In this document: positions 41,733 to 55,439 of the stretch, piece after piece
How the letters are laid out: every line of letters begins with the position of its first letter
Position numbering within the stretch: position 1 is the stretch's first letter
Origin: Octopus vulgaris
Taxonomy: Eukaryota
Assembly (NCBI GenBank): GCA_951406725.2
Contig: OX597827.1
Span: 22,568,001-22,632,000, forward strand
Direction: 5' to 3'
Length of the DNA: 64,000 nucleotides
Notes under the pieces: model-generated
Databases searched by the model: none
Told to the model about the DNA's origin: nothing
What the model saw: only the letters and a program-made list of their open reading frames with translations
Made by a program: the position numbers and the translations under genes

Positions 41733-42846
41733 GAAAAAAGTGAAGGGAAAGACAAAGTAAAAAGGAAAGAAACCTTAATTTGGTAGCGTGAAACCAAGCG
41801 CCACCATATTGCATTACAACAATCTCATCGTCCACATCCGCCGAACTCCGCCAAACTCCGACGACATTTGTAACGATTTCCCCCACAAGCTATGAAAATA
41901 AAAACAAAAGCTACTGAGCATATAAAAACAAATAATAAAAAATGATAAAGTCAAATAATATAAAGTAGAATTTAGCACAAAAGACAAAACTAAAAACGGA
42001 TCCCTGCGCGCGCGCGCATGTTTGTGCATGTGCATCTAGATATATGTCTGTGTGTATGTGTTCGTGTAGGTGCATGTGTTCATGTGTATGTGCGTGAGCG
42101 AGCGTGTATATGTGTGTACATGTGTAGATGTATACATGTAGGTAGACTAGTGATTTTATTTGTATGAATATTTACTATGGTGTGTGTGCTTGTGTGTGTG
42201 TGTGTGTGTGTATCCTTGTCCTGCTGTATTTGTATGTCTGTACATATGTCAGAATGCTTATATACCTGTCTTTCTAGGTGCGTATGTATGTATGTATGTA
42301 TACATATGTATATATATGTATGTATGTATGTATATATGTATGTGTGTATATATATATATATATATCTTTTTTACATATATCTTCATACATACATATATAT
42401 ATATATATATTCACACACATTTACATACACACACACATATATACTTAAATATATATGTGTGTCTATGCATGTAATCATATGTGTGTGTGTATGTGTGTGT
42501 GTGTGTGTGTGCGTGTTTACGGGTGCGTTTCTCCCTTCATGTAAATCTAGTTTGTGTCAATGTCTATTTACGTATGCGCATGTGTTTGCGAATGTGTGTA
42601 TGTATGTATGTATGTATGTATGTATGTATGTTTGCGAGTGTGTGTGTGTGTATATACACACACACACATATATGAGTATTTATATATGTGTGCCTGTATG
42701 TATGTATGTATGTATGTATGTATGTATGTATGTATGTATGTATGTATGTATGTATGTATTTGTTTATATGTATATATGTGTGCATGCGAACGTGTGTGTA
42801 TGTATGTATGTATGTATGTATGTATGTATATGTGTGTATATATTTG

Positions 42847-42882
<36 letters not shown>

Positions 42883-42941
42883 TGCGAGTGTGTGTATATC
42901 TATGTATGTATGTTTGTATGCATGTGTGTATATTTGTATAC

Positions 42942-43000
<59 letters not shown>

Positions 43001-43475
43001 CGTGTGTGCGTGCGTGTTGTTTAATTGTATATGTTGGTGTGAATGTTTTAGGCTGTAGATACAAATATTTTTGTCTGGTTTCTTCTCTTCGACTGCTTCA
43101 TTTAATGTAATTCTTTTTTTTTTGTTTTATTTTTATTTCGTCAGTGAACTGAAGCCCTACCTATCTTTATATATATATACACACACACATATATATATAT
43201 ATTCGTCTTTATATCTTCCTCGCTTCCTTCATTTCCCAGCCCTTCTACCACCATACATTCTTTCTTCCGCCATTTCTATCCGCTTTTCTCGCCTTCTCCC
43301 ACCGCCTCCCAGCCCCCAGCCCCTTCGTTCTTCATTCTTTCGCAACCCGATGAAACCATATTATGCACTATTATCTCTTTCTCTCATATACATTTCTCCC
43401 TTTCTGTCTTTCCTTCCTTTCTCCGCAGTTTTTCATCGAACTGAGGCCACATACACCTAACCATACACACACACA

Positions 43476-43530
<55 letters not shown>

Positions 43531-43645
43531 GCTCACACACACACGTACATACACATACAAATGTATGCATGTATGTATGTATGTATGTATGTATGTATGT
43601 ATGTATGTATGTATGTATGTATGTATGTGTGTATGTATATATGTT

Positions 43646-43700
<55 letters not shown>

Positions 43701-44054
43701 TACCTCTTTCATTCTATTTCTGTCTTTCCTTCTTTTCTTCCTTATGGATTCATTCGGTCTTCTGCCACCATTTTCTTCCATTTTCCCTCCATATTTCTTC
43801 TTCTTCTTCTTTTCTCTCTTATTTCCCTCTTTCTCTCAATATTTATTCATGCTTATTCTCATTCTTTCCAACATTTCGTCTTCTTTCAATTCTTATCTTC
43901 ACTCATCCCTCAGTCATCTCTCTTATTTCCTTCCTATAGCCATTATCTCATTCCATTTTCTTTCTCTTCATTCTCTTTTTATCAAGTTTTCTTTCTTCTC
44001 GTATTTACTAGTTTTCCTTTCTTTTCCTCCCCTGCTCTTCTTTAAATCCTTCAC

Positions 44055-44265
44055 GTCTTCTTCTTCTTCTTCTTCTTCTTCTTCTTCTTCTTCTTCTTCT
44101 TCTTCTTCTTCTTCTTCTTCTTCTTCTTCTTCTTCTTTTTTCTTCTTTCCGAAGAATAGTCAAAAAGATGACGAGCGATGATCGATGTTCAGGAAGTAGA
44201 GGATGGCAGATGGTGAAGAAAAAGATGAGGAGGACAAAAGGAAGGAATAGTGATGATGAAGATGA

Positions 44266-44304
<39 letters not shown>

Positions 44305-44395
44305 AGAAGAAGAAGAAGAAGAAGAAGAAGAAGAAGAAGAAGAAGAAGAAGAAGAAGAAGAAGAAGAAGAAGAAGAAGAAGAAGAAGAAGAAGAA
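44055..44395. repeat. (TTC)n tract facing (GAT)(GAC)n(GAA)n tract
   Basis: Direct reading. The TTC and GAA tracts are mutually complementary. Confidence 0.9.
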
Positions 44396-44967
44396 TGGGA
44401 GTATTAGGAAAGAAGAAGAGGAGGAAAACGAGCAAACAGCAACAGCATCATCGTCACACCATTCCACAGCAGTAGCAAAAGAAAGGAAGCCACACAAAAA
44501 GGTTAGAGATAGGAGACTGTCAGTTGCTGATTGGTTGAAGCAGACGACAATGTGGAACGCGTTTTTCTCGGGAAACGCTAAAATCGAAAATTAATCCATT
44601 GTGTTTGGTTGGCATCCAATTATAGGATAGTGGACTTTCTTTAGTGCTTCCTCGCAGATATAGGGTGAGGGCGGTTATTGGAATGGTATCATGGTGTGAT
44701 GGTTTCATGGTTTAGACAAGTCCGGCTGGTTTTGATTGGTTGAACAGTTATAATGAGTGATTGAATGATTGCGCTGATGGATGCCTTGCGGTGGCGAATA
44801 TTTCCTCATTCTACAGCGTACCTACAGAATGTCAAATTGGTAGAACCTCTTCTTCTACAAGATACACTTATAGCTGGAGAACTGAAGTGTAAAATAACAG
44901 TTTCACACCGCTGCAACTGACTGAAGGGCTCCTACTCTACATGTACGTGGTACTTATTATATGCATC

Positions 44968-45382
44968 GGATCTTTTCGGTTTGAACGGCAGTTTTTAACA
45001 TAATTTCTAGGTAACTAAAAAATCTTAAACTTCGTATACTCGTAGAATGTGTTTATAAAACATCTTTTTCTCTTGGCTTTAGTGAGAAAATTCTACAGTT
45101 TGTAAGATATTTGTTGGTTTTTTTCTTCAATTTCTGCAATTTCAACCAATCACTGACGTCTATTGAGGTAAAAAGCATTCTGTGCCGTATGAATATATCC
45201 CTCGTTTAAGAAACACATTGGGTTTATTTACATTTGTGAAGAAAAAAGATGCCCTTCCCCCACCCCTAACCCTAACCCTAAAACAGATTGAAATGCAATA
45301 GATCGAAACTAGGGTCATAATTATGGGTGACAATTTTATATGACACCGCTAGAAAAAAATGCCGTTCAAACCGAAAAGATCC
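44968..45382 (+). mobile_element. Merlin-like MITE, copy 3
   Basis: Perfect TIR GGATCTTTTCGGTTTGAACGGCA. Perfect TSD TATGCATC at 44960-44967 and 45383-45390. Internal (CCCTAA)3. Confidence 0.9.
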
Positions 45383-45598
45383 TATGCATCTCTCATAAAC
45401 ATACAGCTTGCCATCCGGCTCTGACCTTATCGTATAACAACCATGGGTGTCTTTTATTCATGTCACCTGTACTCTCTTTGCATTTCTACCCATCTTTTTT
45501 CTTTTTCTTCTTCTTTTTCATCGTCATCGTTATCATCAACGACAACATCAACAACAACATTTTAATCAGGTCAAATGATATTCACATACATATATATG

Positions 45599-45669
<71 letters not shown>

Positions 45670-45714
45670 TGTGTGGGTGCGCGGGTGGGTGCATATGTAC
45701 CTGTGTACTATGTC

Positions 45715-45905
45715 TTGTTTCAATCATTAGATAGCAGCCATGCTGAGGTATCAATTGATAAAGTGTTGTCGAACGAATAGACCCCAGTACCTTTTTTTAA
45801 GCCTTGTACTTACTCTATCTGACTCTTTTGCCGAGCCACTAATTTGCAGGGATGTAAATACACCAACACCGGTTGTCAAGCGGTAGGAGACATAACAACA
45901 AAATA
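45715..45905 (-). mobile_element. SINE family B 3' fragment
   Basis: Matches 49710-49900. Confidence 0.6.
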
Positions 45906-45914
45906 CACGCACAC

Positions 45915-45997
<83 letters not shown>

Positions 45998-46023
45998 TAA
46001 ATCTCTGGGAGTCTCTCCCGGAA

Positions 46024-46183
46024 TCATAAAATATAATTGCCAGCTAAATGTAGCGGTCCCATAGAGAACGATGCTACTGTTGCTGTTAGCTCCAGGAGAA
46101 CATCTCTGTCCTCCTGGGGCTAAAAGCAACAGTAGCATCGTCCTCTGTGGGACCGCCACATTTAACTGGCAATTATATTTTAT
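46024..46183. repeat. Imperfect palindrome, ~78-bp arms
   Basis: ATAAAATATAATTGCCAGCTAAATGTAGCGGTCCCA... / ...TGGGACCGCCACATTTAACTGGCAATTATATTTTAT. Confidence 0.85.
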
Positions 46184-46329
46184 ATATATGATGAAGTAAG
46201 AGCGTTGTCAGTGAAATGCGGGGGAGCTGATCAGGTGGTTGTTGGTGGAAATTTATGGTCCAGTCTTGTCACACGTTGTCACAAAAGAAACAAATGTCTG
46301 TGGAACAGTTTTTTTTTTTTGTTGTTTGT

Positions 46330-46624
46330 TCCTTCTCAAGCCATGCCTGGCTCATAAGGGCCGGTTTCCCGGTTTCTTGGCGTATAGGTTCCCCACCTGG
46401 ACGGGACGCCGGTCCATCGCAGGTGAGCTGAAAGATGCAGGAGCAAAGAGTGAGAGAAAGTTGTGGCGAAAGAGTCAGCAGAAGTTCGCCATTACCTTCT
46501 GGCGGAGCCGCGTGGAGCTTAGGTGTTTCGCTCATAAAAACACACATCATCCGGTCTGAGATTCGAACCCGCGATCCCTCGACCGCGAGTCCGCTGCTCT
46601 AATCACTAGGCCATGTGCCTCCAC
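46330..46624 (-). mobile_element. SINE family C
   Basis: tRNA-like head with GGTTCGAATCTC. Homologous to 19220-19552. Confidence 0.75.
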
Positions 46625-46805
46625 TGTGGAACAGTTGGGCAAATGCAAAGGTAAACATATAAATATATGTCCAGGTATGCAACTCTCTGTATACAATTAA
46701 TCAGTGGTCACACTTTGTGCTTGTTCTATCAGGACTTATACCACCCACATTTCGGTTACTTCATTTATGCCAAATTAGGCCCAGGCTGTTGATATTGGCT
46801 TAAAA

Positions 46806-46995
46806 TTTTGGCACAAGGTCAGCTATTTCGAGTGGGGTGTAAGTCGATCCCCAGTGCTCAACTGGTACTTATTTTATCGACCCCGAAAGGATGAAAAGCT
46901 AAGTCGACCTCGACAGTACTCAGAACGTAAAGATGGACGAAATACCGCAAAGCATTTCGCCCGGCGTGCTAACGATTCTGCCAGTTTGCGTCTTA
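46806..46995 (-). mobile_element. SINE family A
   Basis: Matches 28100-28255. Confidence 0.7.
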
Positions 46996-47645
46996 GTGCA
47001 GGCTATTGATGTTAAAACCTGAAAACTATCGACTGCACTAGAAATTTCTGCATCGACAATGACATTGATTAGTTTTGTCTAAAATGAAAACAAGGAAGAA
47101 GAGGCTTAACATCAATTCAAGCGGTCATTGAATGTTGCTTTATATCCGTTCGGCAGCATCAACTAACCATGAAATATCAAAGCCGAGCTACGTATCAAGT
47201 CTGCATACATAAGACGGATACATAAGACGGTTAGCTTCATAAGAGCTGTAAAGGAGCTTATTCTTGACAGATTACTTAAGATATGCACCGAGAAAATTTG
47301 CACGGTTCACTGCGACAGAGAATCTGGTAAAAGATTTTCTGCAGAAGGACAAGCATGAATGTGGCAGAAAATATGATTGGACAATAACAATGAAAACCTA
47401 AATCGTTTATTTCGAAACAATAACCGGGATATTAAGATCTCATTGTAAGGGGTTCGATTCTGCCAAACAGGACTAAAATATAGCAAAAAATACCTGGTGC
47501 ACAAGTAGGTTAAACGTTTTGGTAAAACAAATTGATGTGACAATTAATGAAGACCCCGTAGCACCGAAGATATAAATCATATCATGAACCTTTTCGTTTT
47601 GGGATTTGGTTTGCAAGATTCTTTATGTGAGTTCGTGTGTTGAAG

Positions 47646-47901
47646 CATATTCTGTTGTGTCTGGGGAGAGTCATTCTCTTTTTATGCCTAATAATTTAAC
47701 ACACTCACCGGTAAAATTTCCACTACTTATTTTTATTTTCCTAAAATTTTCGTTGCGTCTTGCAACCTTTTCAATAGTTTGCAAAACGCAACGAAATTTT
47801 AAGAAAATAAAAATAAGAAAAAAGTAGAATTTTTTCCGGTGAGTGTGTTAAATTATAAGGCACAAAAAGAAAATGACTCTCCCCAAACACAACAGAATAT
47901 T
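47646..47901. repeat. Inverted repeat, ~117-bp arms, ~15-bp spacer
   Basis: ATATTCTGTTGTGTCTGGGGAGAGTCATT... / ...AATGACTCTCCCCAAACACAACAGAATAT. Confidence 0.85.
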
Positions 47902-49198
47902 ATGAACAGTTCTCTGAAAATGTCATCTTGATAGCATCAGCCTATGAAGCATGGTGTCGTGGCCAAAACATTATACAATGCAATTGGTAGGACAGAGAGT
48001 TCTGGAGATCAAAATATAAGAGTGATATAGAGGGCATAATTATTGATAATATGAATAAAAAGCTAGAGGAATGTCTTGTCAATGCCACATCAACAGATCA
48101 GACATAATGATGTAACGCCGTCGGGAAAACAGATGTGAACTTAATGCTGAAAATCAAATCAAATAAACCATCTCCGCCAAACTAACGAGAAATTAACAGA
48201 ATCGCCATCTTGACTATAAATTTAGAGTTGTACTTGTAATTATTGGAGCAATTAGTTACGTGAGCACTAATTACTTCCACACCAGTTTTGAAGAGTTAGG
48301 CATCACGAAAGCAGAAAGAATTTGTTTAACTTGGGAAATTTCGAGTGTACAACAAAAATGGAACTGTAAAAATAATTTGATATTGTGTGTAACACGCCAT
48401 CGCGAAGTAATTTTAGGGATTTTGTGAAACAACGTAGAGGCATAACAGCCTCTTAGTCTTCATTCTGCGGAACCATTGGTCTGGAACGGATTCTCAGCTG
48501 AATAAACTGAAACGGCGTGAAATGAAATAACCCGGTCAAGGAGTCAACGAGCCATCACGCATACAAACAGGCGCATGCGCACACCTTTATCTAAATGTGT
48601 CAGTAGAGAGAGACGAATGTTGATGTCGCTAAAGTTTACCGATATTAAAACTAATAGATTATGTATCGGGGTTAAATCAAATATGGTTTCCTGTCTATGG
48701 AAGTTTCCTTTGAAATTCGACACACATACGCCCACACAGACACCGTACATACACGCACACATACACACACACTCGCACCTACTCACACACACGCGCACAA
48801 ACTCAAGCAGAAACAAATACATCGAACTGTGTGAATGTATTTCTACATGGAAGCACGTATGTGTGGATGTATATCTGTACAAAGATACATTTACACATAC
48901 ATGTATATGCGAACGTGTAGGAATACATACATACATACATACATACATACATACATACATACATACATACATACAGACATACATACATACATGCATACAT
49001 ACATACAAACATATATACATACATGCATGCATACATGTATATATGTAAGTATGTATGTATGTATATATATATTTATATATATACATGTTTATGTGAGTGC
49101 ATTTATATATATGTATATTATGTATTGAGTACCTTATTTACTCTGCTATGTATTGAGTACCTTATTTACTGTGGTTAACCCCGACTCAACCCGGGACC

Positions 49199-49246
<48 letters not shown>

Positions 49247-49252
49247 TATATA

Positions 49253-49298
<46 letters not shown>

Positions 49299-49640
49299 CA
49301 TATACATACATGCATACATACATATACATACAAACATATTTATACATACATATGCGTGTATCTATGTATGTGTATGTGCGGTTTGTGTATGTGTACATGT
49401 GTGTGTGTGCGTGCGTGTGTGCAATTAGTGGCGACAGAAGCAGCATTAATACCATAAGGCAATCCATAAATCCAACTTAACGTGGGTGTTGCGTTATTTA
49501 TCTCGAGAGAGACCCTCTTATGGACTCGTGGTGTACAAAACCACCAGCACCTATGTCGTCGACAGATGAGAACTGCCTGTTACACTCGCCGGAACTGTCG
49601 GGACACGTATCGTCTCTACCGGACGGTTGAGAGAGGCCAT

Positions 49641-49703
<63 letters not shown>

Positions 49704-49704
49704 T

Positions 49705-50104
49705 TTTTTTTACTTGTTTCAGTCATTTGACTGCGGCCATGCTGGAGCACTGCCTTTAGTCGAGCAATTCGACCCCGGGACTTATTCTGTGTAAGCCCAG
49801 TACTTATTCTGTCGGTCTCTTTTGCCGAACCGCTAAGTGACAGGGGCGTAAACACATCAGCATCGGTTGTCAAGCAATGCTAGGGGGACAAACACAGACA
49901 CACAAACACACACACATACATATAGATACATATACATATATACGACAGGCTTCTTTCAGTTTCCGTCTACCAAATCCACTCACAAGGCATTGGTCGGCCC
50001 GGGGCTATAGCAGAAGACACTTGCCCAAGATGCCACGCAGTGGACTGAACCCGGAGCCATGTGGTTGGTTAGCAAGCTACTTACCACACAGCCACTCCTG
50101 CGCC

Positions 50105-50105
<1 letters not shown>
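49705..50105 (-). mobile_element. SINE family B, near full-length
   Basis: Minus-strand head GGCGCAGGAGTGGCTGTGTGGTAAG...GGGTTCAGTCC (A/B boxes). Confidence 0.8.
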
Positions 50106-50151
<46 letters not shown>

Positions 50152-50154
<3 letters not shown>

Positions 50155-50618
50155 GCCATGTTGATTCGTTAGCTACTGCACGCATTTTTTTTCTCTCACC
50201 TTCTTTCTGTGTTTTTTTTCTCTCTGTGTATCTTTCTGTTGAAGAGCGTAGGCTCGAAACGTTAAAGACATGTTTTATTTATATTTCCTGAGCGCCATAC
50301 TAATACAATTGTTCGTTTGTCTTCCACCTGCCTTCGTCTTTTGTCTATTTTCATAAAACTTCCCGTTATGTATGTATGTATGTATATATATATATATATA
50401 AGGTTAATCCAAACATGAAAACTCAAAGAGAAAACACAACAACGCGAGGACGTGGAACAAGTATAGTATTATTGGACGCTCAGGAAAGAAGGAAAGAAGG
50501 AGGGTTTAACGTTTCGAGCGGAGCTCTTCGTCAGAAACAAAGTAAAAAGGAAAGATCCAAAGAAGGGAAGACGGAGGGAAAAAAAATCGCCAACGGTACA
50601 CACGCGGTCACATTTTGA
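50152..50618. mobile_element. Two related ~210-bp elements in opposite orientation around a (TA)n tract, each with a variant hammerhead-like motif
   Basis: + strand 50231-50268 TCTTT-CTGTTGA-A-GAGC-GTAG-GCTC-GAA-ACGT-T-AAAGA. - strand 50504-50538 GTTT-CTGACGA-A-GAGC-TCC-GCTC-GAA-ACGT-T-AAAC. Confidence 0.65.
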
Positions 50619-51429
50619 AGAGCTACTGATAGTTTCATACTGTAAAGATAGAATAATTTGGCAAGTTTACATAACATGCCATGTGTTTCCAGGAAATCTT
50701 CTAGGTTTTTTGCATCAACTTCTTCGTTTTTTCTTCTCTTCCTTTTTTCCCCTTATGTTTTCTCAATGCCTAACGTCCCGGTTTTCAAATGGGTCTAACA
50801 GTAAACACTGACCCCAAGAGATTCCTTGGAGATACATGGCATGTCATAAAAATCTGCCAAATTGTAGTATCTCTACAGCCTGAAACTGTGAGTAGATCTT
50901 TTTAAACTCTGTGTATATTAAATGCTGTTTATCTCCTGCTGAATGGAGTACTTTTCTCTTGATACTACCTATAACGGAACAGTAAACATACATACATACA
51001 TACATACACACATACATACATACATACATACATACATACATACATACATACATACATACATACATGCATACATGCATACATACATACACACACACACATA
51101 CATACATACATACATACATACATACATACATACATACATACATACATACATACATACATACATGCATACATGCATACATACATAATACATACATACATAA
51201 ATACATACATACATACAAACAAAAATACTGTGATGATGTTGTTGAAATTCCAATGGAGGAGCTTCGGATCTGGGTTAGAAACCGGTTCTTTCTCTATTGG
51301 TATGCAATCTTGAAATAAAACTGGACAATGACATACATACATTCATACATCTATACGTACATACATACTTACATACTTACATGTATGTATGTGTGTGTAT
51401 GTGTCTGTGTGTCTGTGTATTATATGATT

Positions 51430-51712
51430 ATGTGATTGACCAGACTGTCAGATGTTGTTATACATCGCTGATCACAATGCACTTGACGTCATATTAGCTT
51501 TCGAATGATGCCACTCAGCAGCTGGCCAGGAGGACAGGCCAACAGCCACCCCTGATCGGAAGAATATTCCGTTGCGGGGCCGATCCATTTACAGCCGAGT
51601 GAACTGGAGCAACACTGAAATGAAGTGTTTTGCTCAAGAACACAACGCGCTGAAACCGGAACCATGTGTTTGGGAAACAGACTTCTTACCCCACAGCCAC
51701 GCCTGCGCCTAA
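51430..51712 (-). mobile_element. Chimeric SINE (family B head joined to family C-related body)
   Basis: 51655-51712 matches the B head, 51430-51545 matches 19230-19362 and 51590-51650 matches 34505-34570. Confidence 0.55.
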
Positions 51713-51993
51713 AACATCTTCCAATTTTTAAAACAATAAACGTGAGATTTTCACTGAGACTACAACTTCAGAAATGATATTTTCTAAAAATTGCATTTTC
51801 ATGTCTTGAAGTAGGGGTGGGATGGGAATTTGATATTTGTTAGCAGGCGAGGGGACAGCTAGAGACTTGATTCACTCTTATTAGATTTCATCAGCAAAAT
51901 AGTTTCTTCTCTATCTAGTTTAATCTATGGGTGAAAATAGATTTTAGCAAAAGGGTGAAGAACAGTTCCAGTAAGTATCAAATTGCATAATTA

Positions 51994-52381
51994 CAGTATA
52001 TACTCGACTATAAAACGCCCCCGCGTATAAGACTTACAAGGTTCAAATCGGGAATTTTATCATTGACCCGACTATAAGCCGCAGCGACATTTTTGATGTT
52101 GGAGAGCAAAGTTCGATTAGGAATCGCGCCGGTTGTTCAGTAACCGAGCTTTCATTAAGGTGGAGATGACACAACAACTGTTATCCTGTTAAGTCCATAC
52201 ATTTTAGAAACCGTTGTTTATAGTGTAAAATTTTATCCTTTTCGATTATTCTAGGCGTCGGAACTTCAGACGTGGCTTCTACCTAGAAAATATCTGAAGA
52301 TTTTTTTGTAGAATGCGCTTATAACTTTAGGTGAAAATTTCAAGGGGGTAAAAAGTGCGACTTATAGCCGAGTATATACGG
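51994..52381. mobile_element. pogo/Tigger-like MITE (~390 bp)
   Basis: TIRs CAGTATATACTCGACTATAA / TTATAGCCGAGTATATACGG with TA flanks. Confidence 0.7.
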
Positions 52382-52606
52382 TACAAACGAAAGAAAATAA
52401 CCAATAGCATAAAATTAGAAAATATTGGTAGATGCTGATGTAGCGAAAATATTGGTAGATCGTTAGGACAGCGGACTCGCGGTCATAGGATCGGAGTTTC
52501 GATTCCCAGACCGGGCGTTGTGGGTGTTTATTGAGCAAAAACATCTAGATGCTGATGTAGCGACTGACAAAGGCAAAGATGTAATCATTTATTCATGCTT
52601 GCACAG

Positions 52607-52646
<40 letters not shown>

Positions 52647-52792
52647 AAGTATATATACGCCGCCACACGTCTTTAGACATATATTTTTGTGTGTGAGAGC
52701 GTATATGTACGTATCTATATATGCATGAATATGCAAATATGCATGTGTGCGTGTGTGTGTGTGCGCGCGTGTAAATAAAGACATGTATATAA

Positions 52793-52840
<48 letters not shown>

Positions 52841-52918
52841 GTGTTGCTTCCTCTCTCATAACGCAGAAACATCCCCATTTTCAGTTCCTCCTCTGCTGAC
52901 TCTGAGAAAGTAAATAAC

Positions 52919-52986
<68 letters not shown>

Positions 52987-53729
52987 GACAAACATATAAA
53001 CACCCACACAATCCAATTAAATATCTAATTAATTTAATCTACGACAAACAAACAAATAAATGAATCTACATCCGTTTCACTCTAGCCTCGTTCTGAGATT
53101 ATTACCAATGGCCGGAAGAGGCTTTCCTGTTGACGCGGTCGTCGAAGTTCTTACAATTCCTGTTTCCTCACTTCCTGGTCAGCCATCACTGAACAGACCT
53201 ATAATCGAAGGCCAATCTACTCGTGACAATCTCTTCTTTTATTTTCTTATACCGTGAGTCCTCCAATTTTTAAGAGAGTAGAATGTGATGCGGCAAAGTT
53301 TCGGTTGCTATTTCTACCAAGCCGGTAGACCACGTAAGGGCCTTCCTCGGCGCGCTGAAGGAAAGATTTAGTGGTGTTCATCTGTTCTGCAATATTATAT
53401 TGTTATCAATGGCTCTGAAGCTCAGTCGATATAGCGGACGTGACTTAATAAAACATACACGTATAGCTTTGTGTCGTTATTCTACCAAATATATACGTTT
53501 TTATTATTATTTTGCAATTTACTTAATCATTGGTATATTATTGTTATTTTATTTTTAATATTTCTATTATATGTAATTTTCTAGATGGTGTAATTTAATT
53601 TTGAATTGATAAAAGGTGGGTTTTTTCTAATTTATATATATATATTATATTTTGTGAAATTTGATTTAGTATTTCTAAATCGAATTTGTCCCTGTAAGTT
53701 AGGAATAATATTCCCTCAAATAATTATTA

Positions 53730-53801
<72 letters not shown>

Positions 53802-53938
53802 CATGTGTGAGTATGTGTGTGTGCATGCGTGGGTTTGTATGTGCGTGTATTATGTATGCATGTATGAAAGCATGTATGCATGTGTGTGAATGTGTGTGTG
53901 CGTGTGTGTGTGTACAATAGACGAATGGCTATCTGGTT

Positions 53939-54062
53939 TTACTACAATTGTTTCGCTAAGGGTCGACATTGTGACGTAAGCATAGTACAGTCAGGCAAGC
54001 AGTATGAGCGACATCCATAAGGTTACGTAATATGTTACGTAAATCTCAACTCATCAGGCTAA
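53939..54062 (-). ncRNA. Type I hammerhead motif inside a ~310-bp self-complementary element (53920-54226)
   Basis: Minus strand reads TTAGC-CTGATGA-GTTGA...TTAGC-GAAAC-AATT-GTA-GTAA. Core intact, stem I weak (bulged). Confidence 0.6.
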
Positions 54063-54480
54063 CGAAATAAGCAAGCGGGCCGTGTCATGTTGATTAATCA
54101 ACAGACATACCGATGATCTATTGATTATTACGTGATCCTATGAATGTTGTGCATACTGCGTACCTAACTGTACCGTGGTTACGTCATAGTAAAGACTCTT
54201 CTAGCGATATTGCATAACCCATTCGTTTGTCATGTTTTTGCGTTAGGCTTAAGACTCCATTCATCTTTGGATACTTTTGGATACTACTGGTGTTGTGAAT
54301 TACCTAACAACAGTGAACTTCCATTCATCGACGAATTCCACGCTATCATAATAAATTATTGAACGGTCTGATTTCCGATATTCTGCCCAGCCAATAACTG
54401 TGGCCTGTTTCACTTTCATGGATCCTTTATAATTAAATCTGTCTATCAATCTATCTATCTATCTTTCTATCAATCAATCA

Positions 54481-54513
<33 letters not shown>

Positions 54514-54514
54514 C

Positions 54515-54635
<121 letters not shown>

Positions 54636-54683
54636 AGTAAATGTATATATATATATGTATATATAGATATGTATGCATGTATG

Positions 54684-54722
<39 letters not shown>

Positions 54723-54729
54723 ACGTGTA

Positions 54730-54959
54730 CAGGGTTGGCCAAAGGTCAGCCGAATGTAAATCAAAATTCCATAAATACTCTCTGTAATTCTGTATTGACT
54801 TGAATGGAAAAATGTGTCGCTCAAGAAGGTCTTCAGTTTGAACAGTTCTCATGATGTTTCATTTTTCGATGCTTTTATTAATATTCATTCAGTTGTTAAA
54901 CATAAATCTTGGAATTAAATGGTTTTGATTTACTGTCATGTGACTTTTGGCCAACCCTC
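54730..54959. mobile_element. Tc1/mariner-type MITE (~230 bp)
   Basis: TIRs CAGGGTTGGCCAAAGGTCA / TGACTTTTGGCCAACCCTC with TA flanks. Confidence 0.75.
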
Positions 54960-54962
54960 TAT

Positions 54963-55010
<48 letters not shown>

Positions 55011-55080
55011 AGAGAGAGAGAGACAGACAGACAGACAGAGAAATATGATGTGTGAGGGGTGTATTCTCACACATACACAT

Positions 55081-55395
55081 GGGCGTGGCTGTGTGGTAAG
55101 GAGCTTGCTTCCCAACCACATTGGTTCTACTATAACCTCGGGCCGACCAAATCCTTGTGAGTGGATTTGGTAGACGGAAACTAAAAGAAGCGCGTCATAT
55201 ATGTGTGTGTCTGTGTCTGTGTTTCTGTCTGTCAGTCTACATTTGTCCCCATGACATCACTTGACAACCGATGCTGGTGTGTTTATGTCCCCGTAAAATA
55301 GCGGCTCAGCAAAAGTGATTTATAGAAATACTAGGCTTACAAAGAATCAGTCATGGGGTCAATTTCTTCAACTAAAATTGACCCCAGGACTTATT
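55081..55395 (+). mobile_element. SINE family B (internal deletion)
   Basis: Head GGCGTGGCTGTGTGGTAAGGAGCTTGCTTCCCAACCAC. Confidence 0.7.
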
Positions 55396-55439
55396 ATATA
55401 TATATATATTATTCCAGAGTGTAGGAGATGGCTGTAACA

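Noticed and set aside
44168-44407. Acidic D/E-rich exon
   Set aside because: Pure (GAC)n(GAA)n with no synonymous variation, so a microsatellite.
47030-48550. Coding-like AT-rich stretch (also 25140-26070)
   Set aside because: Multiple stops and no motif I can name, possibly ancient TE debris.
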